In this document: one piece after another, positions 1-12,949 of the stretch
How the letters are laid out: each line of letters starts with the position of its first letter
Position numbering within the stretch: position 1 is the first letter of the stretch
NCBI GenBank assembly: GCA_028534125.1
Contig: CM052832.1
Location: 22,570,001-22,634,000, forward strand
Source of the DNA: Lama glama
Taxonomy: Eukaryota
Reading direction: 5' to 3'
DNA: 64,000 nucleotides
The notes under the pieces: model-generated
Told to the model about the DNA's origin: nothing
The model's input: only the letters and a program-made list of their open reading frames with translations
Databases searched by the model: none
Made by a program: the position numbers and the translations under genes

Positions 1-454
1 CTTTCCTTATACAGTAGGTAGCACAGTTGGGGTCCCCATCCTGAGCCCTTCTCGAACTTTCTCTACAATTGCAAACACCATGTATTGAGTACTTTCCAGT
101 TGGTTGGAGCTGGCCTCCTCCACATTCACTTTGACTTTCTTCACCTGGGCCACTGATGCTGCTTGGAAATACCCTTTTCTTCCAAATGCAAAAGATGCGT
201 ATTTTACTCGTTTGGCTTCCATAGATCTACTCTCTCAAAGGAGCCACTTGATTTCTCCAACTTCATCAAGTTTTCCATAAATAATGCAGCTCAAAGTGAT
301 CATCATTCACCACTATCCTCCCCCTCCCCAGATAGTGCTACTTCTTAATTTGACACAGAAGAAAATTGTGGCCTAACTACAAAGTTGTGAAGAGACTTGA
401 ATGCCCTCCTCAGGAACCAGTGAGTACTAAAGTAACCAGAGCAAGTGTTTTAAT

Positions 455-595
455 CCCTTAGACACCATTTCCCCGTGTATTTAATGAGAACAGTATATAC
501 TCCATGGGGTTTTTGTAGATAAAAGTTATGCTTTTAGAGCATTTAGCTGAGGGCCTGATACATACTAGTTGCTTAATAAATTATAGCAGTTACTC
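455..595 (+). mobile_element. MIR SINE 3' half
   Basis: Degenerate MIR 3' end: ...agagcatttagctgagggcctgatacatactagttgcttaataaattatagc. Confidence 0.6.
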
Positions 596-1039
596 TTAAC
601 TGTTATCATGCATGCCGTATGGGCCATTGGAGGATTTTTTGTCTAAAACAATGAGAAGAAAACAGGTCGAGGTGAAGTTTACAGAGTATGTAGTGTTCGC
701 AGTCAAACTCCAGAAAATGATGATAAATTAAACCAAGTTGCTCCGATAGGGCCACGAATGGATTTTGAGGCTTTCCTCTTGACAGAATTGTCATTTAAGT
801 GTTTGTCTTGTGAATCCTTATTTAAGTCTGGCTGGATGGGGCTGAGTCATTCTTAAAGTGTTGTGGCTTCATTAGGAATTCAGCAGAACTGACTCCTGTT
901 CTTAAATGCAGAGGGACATTGGTGAAGAAAATCACCCGTGCTTTAGAAATGCTCGCCCTATACCAGATAGGAGGAGAATGAAGAAATTTACAGACATCAT
1001 CTCTAGTCTTCTCAAGAGTCCTAGGAGAGTGGTATCTTT

Positions 1040-1170
1040 TTTATCTTACCCGTCAGCCAACTTTAAAGCCCAGAGAGGTGGAGAAACAGCTCATCCTGCG
1101 CCCAGACTTCGTAGGTGGCAGAACCAAAGTTTGAGATCTGTTGGCTGCGGGGCTGGCCCCCTCTCTCTGC
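1040..1170 (-). mobile_element. MIR SINE fragment
   Basis: gcccagagaggt...gtaggtggcagaaccaaagtttgag resembles the reverse MIR core. Confidence 0.5.
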
Positions 1171-1499
1171 ACTTTGCCAAGTCTTACTGGTCCCTCTTTT
1201 CTAAGTTTATTTCAGGTCATCCTCCGTAGTCTGTTTCACACAGTTAGACTGGCGTTTGTCTTGAGGTTGATTTCATGACTGAAACGTTTCAATAATTTTT
1301 CTGCCCACCTGTTTAAACTCCAGTGAAATAAGCACAGGTGCATTGTCTACAATCTGGAAGTCCATTTTTTATTGATATTGTGGCAGAATTTTTAATCCAA
1401 ACCAAGAGAAGTCTGCTGCCATTAAGTTGTTCTCATCTTTGGAACTCTCCTGCAAAATCAGTGGTATATGTGCATGTGTATACACAGACGCACACATTA

Positions 1500-2135
1500 C
1501 AAAAATGAAACCAACCATTATCACTTAGAAACTTACAAACACTTTCATATGTTAAAAACAGCTTTTCTAAAATATGATTTTAATGGTTACATGATATCCC
1601 ACTTAATCATCTATTTAAAGATAAAGATTTTTATCTTCAAGTAAGCCTTTAGTTTTAGATTTATGAATACAGTTACTGACTATTGTTATGTGTTATGTAC
1701 ATATCTATAATATTTCCTTAGGCTACGTTTTAAGACTGGAGTTAGGGTCAAAAGCATACATGCTTTTTTAAAGCCTTTAGTATATTGTGTTATACTGGCT
1801 TTGAGAGAAATTGCAAACTGTTTCCAGTTGAGACCCACTTTCCAGTGTCCTTGCCCATGGTGAGTGTTGTTATTTTCATGCATTATCAATTATATAAGTG
1901 AAAATAGCAGGTTATTGCTTAATTTTTATTTCATTCGTTATAAATGACATTCATATTTTCATATATAAACTATGTGCATTTCTTCTCTACATTTCTATGG
2001 TGGTTTTTTTTTTACCATTTTTCAATAATTAGATTCATTTTATTGATTTGTGAAAGCTTTATTATAAATTAAGGATTTGCAATGCATACTGTAAAGTATT
2101 TTTAGTTTGTTATCTGTTTTTAATTATATTTATGT
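1500..2135 (-). mobile_element. Ancient L1 (L1ME-like) 3' region
   Basis: Degenerate L1 3'UTR/ORF2-end phrases: ggagttagggtcaaaagcat, ttattgatttgtgaaagctttatt. Confidence 0.6.
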
Positions 2136-2739
2136 TCTTGGGGGTCCTCTCCCACCCCCTTTATGTTTCAATGTGGAGAATTAGGCAAGGACTTTATTTT
2201 CTCATGGAAATTACTGTCTTTGATAGGTTCCATTAAATAGCATTAACGTAAACGTTAAACATGTTCAAAATTAAGACAAAGCATTAAACTGAAGCTTTCT
2301 AGCTAAAAGAGGTTTTTTTTTTAATCTGTCGTATGTCTTGTTGTCAAGGTAATATAACAGTATTTTTCTGAAATGACATTGTGACTCACCAAAGTAATCC
2401 TGTTTCCAGATTGTGGCTACTGAAGTTTCCTTTTGCAATTTTATGTACTGGTCATGCCCTTACTTCCTTCTCCCTTCATTCAACTTTAAACACAGCTTAA
2501 TCTGGAATTGTACAGTTAATAGATTATTTTAATCATATTTTACCTCGTATAGTATCTTACCCATAATGAACCATGAGTTTGTGAATGACTAATTCCAAGA
2601 CAATTAGGTGGAAAAAAGAAACAGGTTTTTTATTTTTAGTTTTGAATAAAAGCAATCTAAACTATGAAAACATAAACCTGGCAGTATGTTTGGAGTACAT
2701 TAAAGGATTAGAGCTCTAAGTAAGTTTCAAATTGGACAA

Positions 2740-3268
2740 TGTAACAGGATGGTTAAGTGACTAGCTCTGAACTGCATAGAATTCAGTCTATTTCCTGAAC
2801 AAGATTATCAGCAGGTTGGAGAGCAGACTTGACCAATAATGTGACTCAGAGAATGGCAGTCATGAGCATGTGCCTTGAAGACACAACTAATGGCTTCAGT
2901 TTCTGGGCTGTGAAATCCATTTCTGTTTTTGCTGAGACCACCCTTCCCGCTGGCTTCTGCCAGACTGAGCGTGACAGAGAGACCAAGGCAGGCTCATTCC
3001 TGAGAGACACGGAACTCCTCTGAGGACCCTTTGGTTTAAGAACTCCCCTACAGGCTTGCCCAGCTGCCCTTGGCCACAGGGCAATCTCAGATGCTTCCTG
3101 CCTTCTCTTCTTCTCTTGGGGTTGGTCAGACATATATGCTGGTCTGACAGCTCTCCCCATCTTCCCGGAATCTCCCCCGTTTTCTCTCCTAGGCATATCC
3201 CCTAATAAAATCCTTGCATGCTTAATCTTGTTTTGGCATCAGCTTCTTAGAAGACCTAAACTAACACA
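2740..3268 (+). mobile_element. ERVL-class solo LTR (LTR40/LTR41-like)
   Basis: Typical ERVL LTR end aataaaatccttgcatgcttaatcttg...ggcatcagcttcttagaagacctaaactaacaca; 5' boundary uncertain. Confidence 0.65.
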
Positions 3269-5814
3269 GAAATTGCTGGCCAGTATTCTTGTTTATTAAA
3301 GGTTCTAGATTTTTTTTTATGTTTCAAAGACTGTTTAATAATTTTAAAGAGTTCTTTTTGTTTGCTAGTAAATGGCAAAAGGGTATATGCACGTAAAAAA
3401 TTGCATGCAATTTTAGCAGATGCATGGGAACTTTATAAACTATCCAGTGATCCTCTGAAAGTCGGTTGCACACCAGGTCAAGTATCCCCTCAATACTTTC
3501 TGAAGACATTGATAGTCTGCCTTGATAAGGACTAATTATGCTTTAAGAACTTTTCTTTCCCCTTATAATGCAAGCTGCATAACCATTCATACCCTGTGGC
3601 GATATTCAAATTATTTAACAGCCAATCAGAACAACCACCAGCCTCTATACCGTGTACTAGTTCCCACCCTGTTCACTCTCATGATCTTTCTTCCATGAAA
3701 TCAATAATTCTGTTAGCATATACATTCTTCTAAATTTTGATTACAAAATATTCAATAGCTTTTACTAAATGTCAACAGGGTGTGTGGCCTTGGATAGGGC
3801 AAAACAGGAAAAAACCTACAAAAATGAAAAGACAGGAGGGAAAACTAGCAGTAAAGAATTCCTTTTTCTTAAGAGTTAAATGCAAGCATGACTTGCATAG
3901 TTTTAAGTTTGAGCAATGGTTTGCACACCACTTTTCTTTAAACAGCCAACAAAAGCTTTTCGAGGCAGCCATTTTTAATTGGTCCAGTCCTCATTCATAT
4001 CTTTTGAAAAACCCTAACAATTTGTGTTGAACTGCATGTCTACCTTCTTGTGTTCCAACTCTTTGGTTCACTTTGTTGTCTTTCCCATATGGTTCAAAAA
4101 AGCAGTATGCATAATGCTTTTCTCTAGCGTGCCCTTTTGATTCCCAACATTCTTCTGAGGGCCTTAACTCTATAACCATTACCTGATCATGGTGCTTTCA
4201 TCTAGGATTAGGTTTTGCACTTCTATTGATCTTCCTCTATGGGGTTGAATGTAGTAAATGAACCTCCTAGCTCCCAACAAATTTGCATGTAATTGCCTGT
4301 CCAGTCCTGAACCCTGAATAATGGGCTGGAAGAATACACTAGCATTAACAGAGCCAAAAATGTTTTTCTTTCAGAGGCTCTGCTCCTTTGTAAAAGTGGC
4401 ATATATGAGGAGAATCAGAAAGCTTTCTCAAGGTTTGGGAAAATGGTAAGGTTGGGGGATGTCCGGGAATTAGTGCCATGCTATCTAAATCATTATAACC
4501 TCACAAGCACCTTATTGAATAAGTCTAGAGCTGGTATTAACGTCTTTTTGACCACTGGAATGTATTGACCTACATTTATACATCCTCCAAAGAGAACTGA
4601 AAAACTTCAGTCATCCCTTCTTTTAACTTTAGTTCCTTTAGACGAGCTTTACTACAGAGGGATTAAAAAAAAATTTCAGTCTTGAACTGTGACTTTGATG
4701 GATTTGATGATCAATCACATTTGAAGGGTTATTGTTGAATTATTTTGAATCAAAAAGTATTTTTATTTGAAGTCAGACAAAATTACATTTAATGCGCTAT
4801 ATACGCTATTAAAAATCTCTTCTGATCTATCACAGTGGATAAGATAGGGAATTTTTAAAGGAGATATAAAATTTACTGCAGAGAGTTCTGATTTTTATAT
4901 TTTCATCACAGTTAATTACTGAAATTCAGAACTACATTGTTTCAAGGCTTGATTTTTAATTTTTTTTACAGGGATGACTTCAGCAATATTTGTATAATTG
5001 TACTGTCTCCCCAGTACAACCTTATTATATGTCAAACATTCTGTTTCCTTTAGAACATTTAGTGAAGGACTTAGAAAAACTTAAGTGAAATAAAGCTTAA
5101 TTTTCTTTAATACTTGTAGATCCACTGGAGTGTCTCACATCTAGGGGTTGGGAGTTATTGCTCCTAAGTAAATTTTCTTACTTCTTTTTGGAGAACACGG
5201 AAGCTCTGCATTCTCATAGATTTGGTATGTGACTGGGAGAGGGGTCAAGACTCCTCCTTGTTTGTCCTATTTAATCTGATGAGTTGGTGAAGTCAGCAGA
5301 CTAAAGACATGTCTTGGAATGATCAAGAGGAATTTTTGGGGAGGAGGTGTGGTTTGTGAGGAAATGTTGAAAGGATTTTTTTAATTGTGCTAATAACTTA
5401 TAAAGTTCAAGTATTATTAGCACTGACAGGAATCCAGCTGAGTCTTCAGTAACATCATAACTTTTTATACCATCCCTATGAAAGTGGCAATGCTAATGTT
5501 CATTTGAGTTAAATTCTTAAGCATTCTACTTTGAATTAGTTCAGAATGCAAAATATAAACACTGTTATATATAATTCTGTGATATATGAAAAACAGATAT
5601 ATTTAAATTCATTTAGAATGAAGACTTCAGAAGATAGAACAAGTTCTGCTATTTCAGACCACATCATTATACCAGTAATTATTTCTGTCACTGTTACTCT
5701 CTTAGTCATGTTATGGGGATGTCACATAACTAGTAATAGTATTCTCAGAAACTGGGCTAATGTGTTAACCCATCTGATTTTACAAAAATAATGAAAATAT
5801 GAGGTGTGAAATAC

Positions 5815-5902
5815 TTTGTAAGATGAGGAAACTGAGCCTCAGGGAGGATAAGGGACCTATCGAAAGGATATTCTCTAGCTTCAAACCTTGGTCATCTGAC
5901 AC
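5815..5902 (-). mobile_element. MIR SINE core
   Basis: agatgaggaaactgagcctcagggagg is the reverse MIR core. Confidence 0.7.
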
Positions 5903-6289
5903 AATCTTCTAAGTTATAAAATGCTCAGATTTGTGTCATATTAGCATTGTACTGCAATAAAAACCACTTGGTAAAGTGAGAAGGGTCCCAGGTTAGGAAG
6001 CAGGAAATTTGTGTTCTAACACTGGTGTTACTTTGCCCATGAAATACTTTTTTTGTAAACTAAGAAACAATTTAAATTTATATAATATAGGCTAAAAGAA
6101 GTCAAGCTCTAAGATGTAGCATGTATCTGTCCCCAGTGTACAAATGGCATAAAAAGTCCTTCGCTGTTGACTGTGCTTTTGTCTGAATTGCCAATAATCC
6201 AGTCAGTTTACATGAAAAGCCTGTTTAAGAATTAAAATATGAAAAAAAGAATTAAAATACGAATAAAACAGTTTATATAAAGACATTTA

Positions 6290-8215
6290 AAAACATTCAC
6301 CTATTGTTGGACCTTTAAATTGTTTCTATACCTTGACTGTTGTGAATAATGCTGCAATGAATATGAGACTACAGATATCCCTTCAAGATAATGGGTTTTC
6401 CTTTAGAAACCCAAATATCTAGAAGTGGGAGTGCTTGATTACATGTTAGTTCTATTTAAAATGTTTTGAGGAACCTACATACTGTTTTCCATACTGCTGT
6501 ACCAGTTTACATTCCATATCAAAAATGTACAGGGGCTCCCTTTTATACACATCCTCACCAGCATTTGTTATCTCTTGGTTTTTTCTTGATTTCATCATTG
6601 ACCCATTGGTTTTTTTTTTTTTAGTAGCATGTTATTTAATCTCCATGCTGTCATTTTTTTCTCCTTTGTTTTTCTGTAGTTGATTTCTAGTTTGATGGCA
6701 GTGTGGTCAGAAAAGATGCTTGAAATAATTTCTATCTTCTTAAAATTATTGAAGCCTCTTTTATGCCCAAGTACGTGGTCTATGCTAGAAAACGTTCTAT
6801 GTGCACTTGAAAAGGATGTATATTATATTTGGGGGAGATGTAATGTTCTGAAATTATCAACCTAGTTGTTGTATTGTGTCATTTGATTTCTCATCTCTTG
6901 GTTTTTTGATATTAGCCATCCTAACAGGTGTGATGTGACATTGGGCTTCTGATTTGCATTTTCTGATGACTCATGTTGAGCACCTTTTAATGTACCTGTT
7001 TATCATTTGTATATTTTCTTTGGAACAATGTCTCTTCAGGTCCTCTGTTCATTTTTCAATTGGGTTATTTTTGTTGTTGTTTTTTTACTATTGAGTTGTA
7101 TGAGTTCCTTGTTTATTTTGGATATTAACCTCCTATGACATATATAGGGTGCAGATATTTTCTCCCATTCTATAGGTTGTTTTTTCATTTTGTTAATGGT
7201 TTCCTTTGCTGATCAGAAGTTTTTTAATTTGATGTAGTCCCACTTATTTATTTTTGCTTTTGTTGCCTTTGCTGTTGGTGTCAAATACAAAAAATTATTG
7301 CCGAGACCAAAGTTAAGCTTACCTCCTGTGTTTTCTTAAGGAATTTTATGGTTTCAGGTCTTAAATTCAAGTTTTTAATCAGTTTTGAGTTGATTTTTAT
7401 GTATGGTGTAAGATAGGGGTCTAGTTTCATTCTTTTGCATGTGGCAAATCAGTTTTCTCAATACTATTTATTGAAGAGATTAACCTTTCCACATTGTAAT
7501 CCTGGATTCTTTGTCAAAAATGAATTGAGTACACATGCACAGGTTATTTCTGTTCTCTATTCTAGTCTGTCCATTGACCTATGTGTCAGTTTTTGTGCCA
7601 ATACCATAGTGTTTTAATTAGTGTAGCTTTGTAGTATATACTTTGAAATCAGGAAGTATATACTTTGAAATCCAGCTTTGTTCTTCTTGCTCAAGATTGC
7701 TGTGGCTATTCAAGGTCTTTTGTGATTTCATACAAATTTTAGGATTGCTTTTTCTACTTCTGTGAAAAATGTCATCAGAATTTAGATAGGGATTGTGTTA
7801 AATCTGTAGATTGCCATGGGTGGTATGGACATTTTAATAATATTAAATCCAAGGAGAATGGAATATCTTTCAATTTATTTATGTCTTCCAATCCTTGAGC
7901 ATGGAATACCTTTCCTTTTGTTTGTGTCTTCCAGTTGATGAACATGGAACACATTCCATCTATTTGTAAATTCCCTTTGTCAATATATTATAGTTTGCAG
8001 TGTGTAGATCTTTTATGTCCTTAGTTAAATTTATTCACAAGAATTCTTTTTGATGCTATTGTAAACAGTATTTTTTCTTTAATTTCTCTTTCTGATTGTT
8101 TGTTGTTAGTGCATAGAAACAAAACTGATCCTTGTATATTGATTTTTGTATCCAGTAACATTATTGAATTTGTGTTTTAGTTCTAAGTTTTCTGATGAGT
8201 CTTTAGAGTTTCTTA
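6290..8215 (-). mobile_element. L1 (L1MA/MB-age) ORF2 C-terminal half plus 3'UTR, decayed
   Basis: Canonical antisense L1 phrases: gtgaataatgctgcaatgaatat, ttttgaggaacctacatactgttttccat, ccagctttgttcttcttgctcaagattg. Confidence 0.9.
6585..6892 (-). mobile_element. Nested internal L1 ORF2 endonuclease-domain fragment with 15-bp TSD
   Basis: Minus-strand translation YTSFSSAHRTFSSIDHVLGHK...IFSDHTAIKLEIN...WRLNNMLL matches the L1 EN C-terminus; flanked by ATCTCTTGGTTTTTT at 6570-6584 and 6893-6907. Confidence 0.9.
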
Positions 8216-8216
8216 A

Positions 8217-8303
8217 CTATATATGTGTGTATATATATATACACACACACATACACACACACACATATAATATATATAAATATATATTTCTTCACATATA
8301 TAT
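8217..8303. repeat. (TA)n/(CA)n compound microsatellite
   Basis: Directly visible. Confidence 0.9.
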
Positions 8304-8304
8304 A

Positions 8305-9585
8305 AAGAAAATGATTCCATTTAGCATCAAGGTAGAATAAAATACTTAGGACCAAATTTAATGAAATACTTACAAGACTTGTTGCTATGATCTGAATGTT
8401 TGTATCCTCCCCAAATTCATACATTGAATTCCTAATGCCCAATGTGATGGTATTAGAAGGTGGAGCCTTGGGAGGTGCTTAAGTCATGAGGGTGGAGCCC
8501 TCCTGAACAGGATTAGTGCTTTATGAAAGAGGCTGTAGAGAGCTCTTTAAACCCTTCCACTATGTGAGCCCACAGTGAGGAGATGCCAGCTGTGAGTCAG
8601 GAAGAGGGCCTTAGCCAGAATATAACCATGCTGGCATCATGATCCTGGAATTCCAGCCTCCAGAACTACAGGTAATAAATATTTATTGCTTAGAAGCTAC
8701 GCAGTCTGTGCTGTTTTGTTATAGCAGCCTGAATGGACTAAGACACTTGTACACCAACTGAAAAAAAATAAGATCTAAATAAATGGAAAGACATCCTGTG
8801 TTCATGAACAGAGAGATTTAGTATTGTTAAGATGACAGTAATCCCCAAGTAGATCTGCAAATACAATGCAATCCCTGTCAAAATCACAGTTACATTTTTA
8901 TAGAAATCAATAAACTGATTCTAAAATTGATATGCAAATACAAATTCAAAGGGCCCAGAACAGTATTGAAAAAACAGAAGAACAAAGTTGGAGGACTTAT
9001 ATTTCCTGATTTCAAGTCTTGATAGAAAGTTACAACAATCAAAGCAGTGTGGTTTTGGCATAGAGACATATATATCAATAGAATATAATTTTAAAGTCCA
9101 GAAATAAACTCATATATTTAGGATTAATTGATTTTCTACAAGGATGCCAAGACCATTCATTCATTGGCCAGAAGTAGTCTTTTCAACAAATGGTGTTGGG
9201 TATGTGGTGAGACAATGGTATCCACATGCAGAAGAATAAAGTTGCACCCCTACCTCACATCATATATGAAAATTAGCTCAAGCTTCCAACCCAAAGAGCT
9301 AAAACTATACAACTTTTAGCTATAAATCTTGAACCCTGGTTTGGGTGATTATTTCTTAGATATGACACCACAAAAAGCATAAACAGTTAAAAAAAAAAGA
9401 GATGAATTAGACTTCATCAAAATTTAAGAATTTTGTGTTTCGAAGGACACTAATAAGAAAGTGAAATGACAACCTGCAGAATGGGAGAAAATATTTGCTA
9501 AGCATGCATCTGATAAGGAACTTGTATCCAGAATAAAGAACTCTTACAACTCAATAAGAAAAAGATAATTCAATTTGAAAAAAAA
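8305..9585 (+). mobile_element. L1 ORF2 C-terminal fragment, interrupted by MLT1A0
   Basis: aataaatggaaagacatcctgtgttcatg; ORF-track peptide SLFNKWCW...IKLHPYLTSYMKISS is L1 ORF2-like. Confidence 0.9.
8383..8745 (+). mobile_element. MaLR solo LTR (MLT1A0-like)
   Basis: tgctatgatctgaatgtttgt...gcctgaatggactaagaca; perfect 5-bp TSD CTTGT at 8378-8382 and 8746-8750. Confidence 0.92.
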
Positions 9586-10681
9586 AGTTCATTAAAACCT
9601 CTGGATATATTCCTATACAATACTCAAAGTAGATTTGTATAGTAAATGAAATATCACTTTAAATATAGATATTCTGAGCACTAGAGATTACAAATGGACA
9701 GAAGACATAGTTCCCTCACTGGATGGTCACACGTTTTAAAGATGCTCTCTGAAGTGTACTGTAGACTCTGACTGGACTTTCATGTAAGTGACTCTTGTTA
9801 GGGTGTTGATGGTAAAACACCAACAGCAGGAAGACTGGTGCTTTCACTTTTGTCATCTTAAAATCAAACAAAACCCTCACATTTAAAAAGTTAAGTAAAT
9901 TCTCACTCATGACAATTCTCAAATTAATTTCACATAGATCACTTTTGTTTATTTCTTGATTTGGAGGTGGTTCTGTTTTGTTGAGAGTCTGTTTCTCTCT
10001 GCTTGATCTGGAATTAACTAATCCAGAATAGGCACCATGGAAAGGCTATTATGGAGATATCTTTTTGTTTTGAATTGGAGTTTTTATTGCCACAACATCT
10101 GTTACAAATTGGCCATAGATGGTAACAGAGGTTTTTGTAAAGCTCCTTCTCCACTGATCATATGCAGTGCATTTGGTAAAGTCCTATTATAATATACTTC
10201 AGATGTATGGTGCACATTCAAGAATTTTAAAATAAGCTGATTCCAAAGCAATCAATTAATATACTTTAAACAGTGCACCACAGAATTTCCAGTAACCAAG
10301 TTTATTATAACATCATGTACATTACAATGAAATTTCATAACTGTTAATTTTATTTTCCTTCATTTCGTTAGCAGAGGATCCTGATTTGCTTGTATAACTG
10401 AGAATTTGTGGCCTTTAGTATACAATTGTATTGTAAATTGCTTTATTTAAAAAAATACGTTTGTGTCATGGCGTGATTGGTATTTGGGCAGAACTATGTA
10501 GAACTCTGGAAATAATGCATATCACTTAACTGATGTGTTTACAGGAAAGGTTCAAAAATGAAAAAAAAAATTCTAGTGGAAAAAATGGTAATTGCTTTTG
10601 GGACCTGTAAGGCTGTGTGATTGGAACTAGATAGGGGAACTATCTTAGTATATTTTCACGAATAAGGAAAAAAACGTGTTC

Positions 10682-10822
10682 ATGCACTCATCACATGCAG
10701 ATATTGAGTGGATGCCTGTTAAGGCCACATACTGGAATAAATGCTGTGTGTGCTGAGGTGGCTATAACAGACCTGCTTGATGGCATTGAAGTTATACTTC
10801 TGTAGAGGAATCAGAATAAATA
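10682..10822 (-). mobile_element. L2 3' end fragment
   Basis: gatattgagtggatgcctg...acagacctgcttgatggcattgaagtta resembles the reverse L2 tail. Confidence 0.45.
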
Positions 10823-11684
10823 AGATATCTCTATATATAAACACACACACACCTACACACACGAATGTTTCAGGTGCTGAATTTCAGAATGAGGTGATAC
10901 TAAACCAAGATTTTCAAAGTAGGTGACAAAAATCACTAGAGAGCTTTTAACTCCCTCTCCTAAATAAAGGGTATAAAAGGGTGCAGAAAGGGGAGAGTGG
11001 GGGGAGACAGTTTTTGGAGACACCTTGTGTCCTGTGAGTCCTCCTTCCATATCTCAACTCCATAGAAGGCTCATTTAGTTCAGTTCTTCAATTTAACAAG
11101 AAGACTTTCAATGAGACAGTTCTGAGTGTTGATATATGCTTTCCACAGTGGGGAGATCCATTGGAAGATATGACTCCCAAGAAGAGTCACAGGCATGAAA
11201 GACACTGGCCAGTGCCTGCAGGACAAATTGAGCAAGAAGTGATTGCAGTCTTACATATCGTGCGTTATCTGGTGTTGCATGGACAGATGTGTGTGAGTGT
11301 CCTGTGGACTCAATTTGCACCAAATGTGAGAAAGAGTATCAGCTTGGGATTGTCTGAGATTCCAAGAACAGATGATTTCTGAAGGGATAGACATTGACAA
11401 ACAGAATCTAATTCCTTGATTTCAGAGGGAAAAACAATGGTAATCAATGAGCTGGTGCACCCCCAGCTTCAAGGGAACTACAGGTGAAAGTTCCCCCCGT
11501 GGGGGAGTCTCCTAAGAACAAGTGAAAGGACCCATGAAAGAGATTTGTTATCACCTGCCTGACTCAAAGTGGGATGTGAACTTACAGTGGTGTCAGCAGA
11601 GTCAAAACTTACCCTTGTCTCTACTCTGGGAAGGAGTCAGAAACCAAAGATATCAAGATGGGGCAGAAAAAGTATAAGTGAGAG

Positions 11685-11830
11685 ATTACTTAAACTCTGT
11701 CTTTGAATTTCCTTCTCTTTAAAGATGGAATGAATAACGCTACATCGCAGAGTTGTTGAGAGGATTAAATGGGATAAGTATACAAGGCTCTTACAGCAGT
11801 GACTGACACATGGTAAGAACTATGCAAGGG
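11685..11830 (+). mobile_element. MIR SINE 3' half
   Basis: agagttgttgagaggattaaatgggataag...gactgacacatggtaag. Confidence 0.75.
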
Positions 11831-12354
11831 CTACATACCATTTGAAAAAGAAACAGCAGTACCCAGATACAGTATGAAAGAAATGAAGGGAGAATCCTTT
11901 CAAGAAAGACAGTGGCAAACATGAAAGAAAAAAAAAATCAGAGCGGACAAGAGAAGAAAAAGAATAATGAGTTTGTCCCAAATTGTTTTGTGCTGTTATC
12001 TGGACACACAGGTCAGATCTCCATGGTCAAAGGGAGCTAACACTGTTAGAAGTAATTCAAGCAGGGAAGGAAATATAATACACAGGTTTTCAGAAAGTTT
12101 GTATGTGTGTATTTTATACAGTGATTTCAGCTCTTCACACCGTTTATTCCTCTGGAAACTTTTACAGCAGCACTGGCTTGACACAAAACAAATATTGCCA
12201 ACCTTATCCAATTGTTTGGCTTAAAACAGTCTTTCTTTAGTGTAAACATTAACCTGTATGGAATAAAGTAAAACATTGCTGTAGAGAGAGAAGCCTGATC
12301 GTCTTTGTTAAATGATAAACATGGTAGCCTTGTTTCCCTAAATAAACCTGCAAC

Positions 12355-12893
12355 TGTCACCACATCCAGACTTGTTCTACTCACCGCATGACAGGCCAGT
12401 AAATCTGGAGATGAGATGTTGGGGTTAAGGAATAGCGATTTTATTCAGAAAGCCAGCAGATCGAGAAGATGGCAGCCTAATGTCCTGGAGAACCACATTC
12501 CCCAAGTCAGAATTCAAGCTCCTTTTATACTAAAAAGGGGAGGGCGCATGGTTGGCTGTTGCTAACTTCTTGGTGTAAGAATTCTTTGTTCTTGGAATCC
12601 TTTGTTCTTGCAGCTGTCCATGTGGGTCAGGTCATGGTGCCCCTGTAAAACCTCTAACAAAACAAATGTTATTTTCTGTTCTGCAACTTGTTATCTTCAT
12701 ATGAGTGCAAAAGCATTAATACTCTTAAAGGTCAGAGCCTTAAGCATAGTCTCTCCTGTGTATTTCAGGCTGTAGGCAACATTCTTTTACAAAAGGTGCA
12801 GAGCTAGCAAGACTAAGCCTAGAAAACAGGGCACAGGGTTAAAGCCAAAGGAACAGATCTAATGTGGAGTCAGATTTGTTCTTTTTTGTCACA
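12355..12893 (-). mobile_element. ERV1-class solo LTR (ungulate LTR39/MER39-like)
   Basis: TG...CA ends; minus-strand TATAAAA (12523-12529) and AATAAA (12440-12445) in LTR order; exact family uncertain. Confidence 0.8.
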
Positions 12894-12949
12894 CATTTCT
12901 GACCATCACACTTGATCCTTGTTAACACCCTATTGATGCCATTACTTAG

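Noticed and set aside
843..849. Isolated AP-1 site TGAGTCA (others occur elsewhere)
   Set aside because: A 7-mer expected several times by chance in 64 kb.
3594..3671. Possible tiny hAT MITE (ctgtggcgatattcaaattatttaac...ttcccaccctg)
   Set aside because: Terminal repeats and 8-bp flanks match only loosely.
10860..11685. Possible Gypsy-like LTR with TATAAAA near 10972
   Set aside because: No confident termini or TSD by eye; needs a Dfam search.
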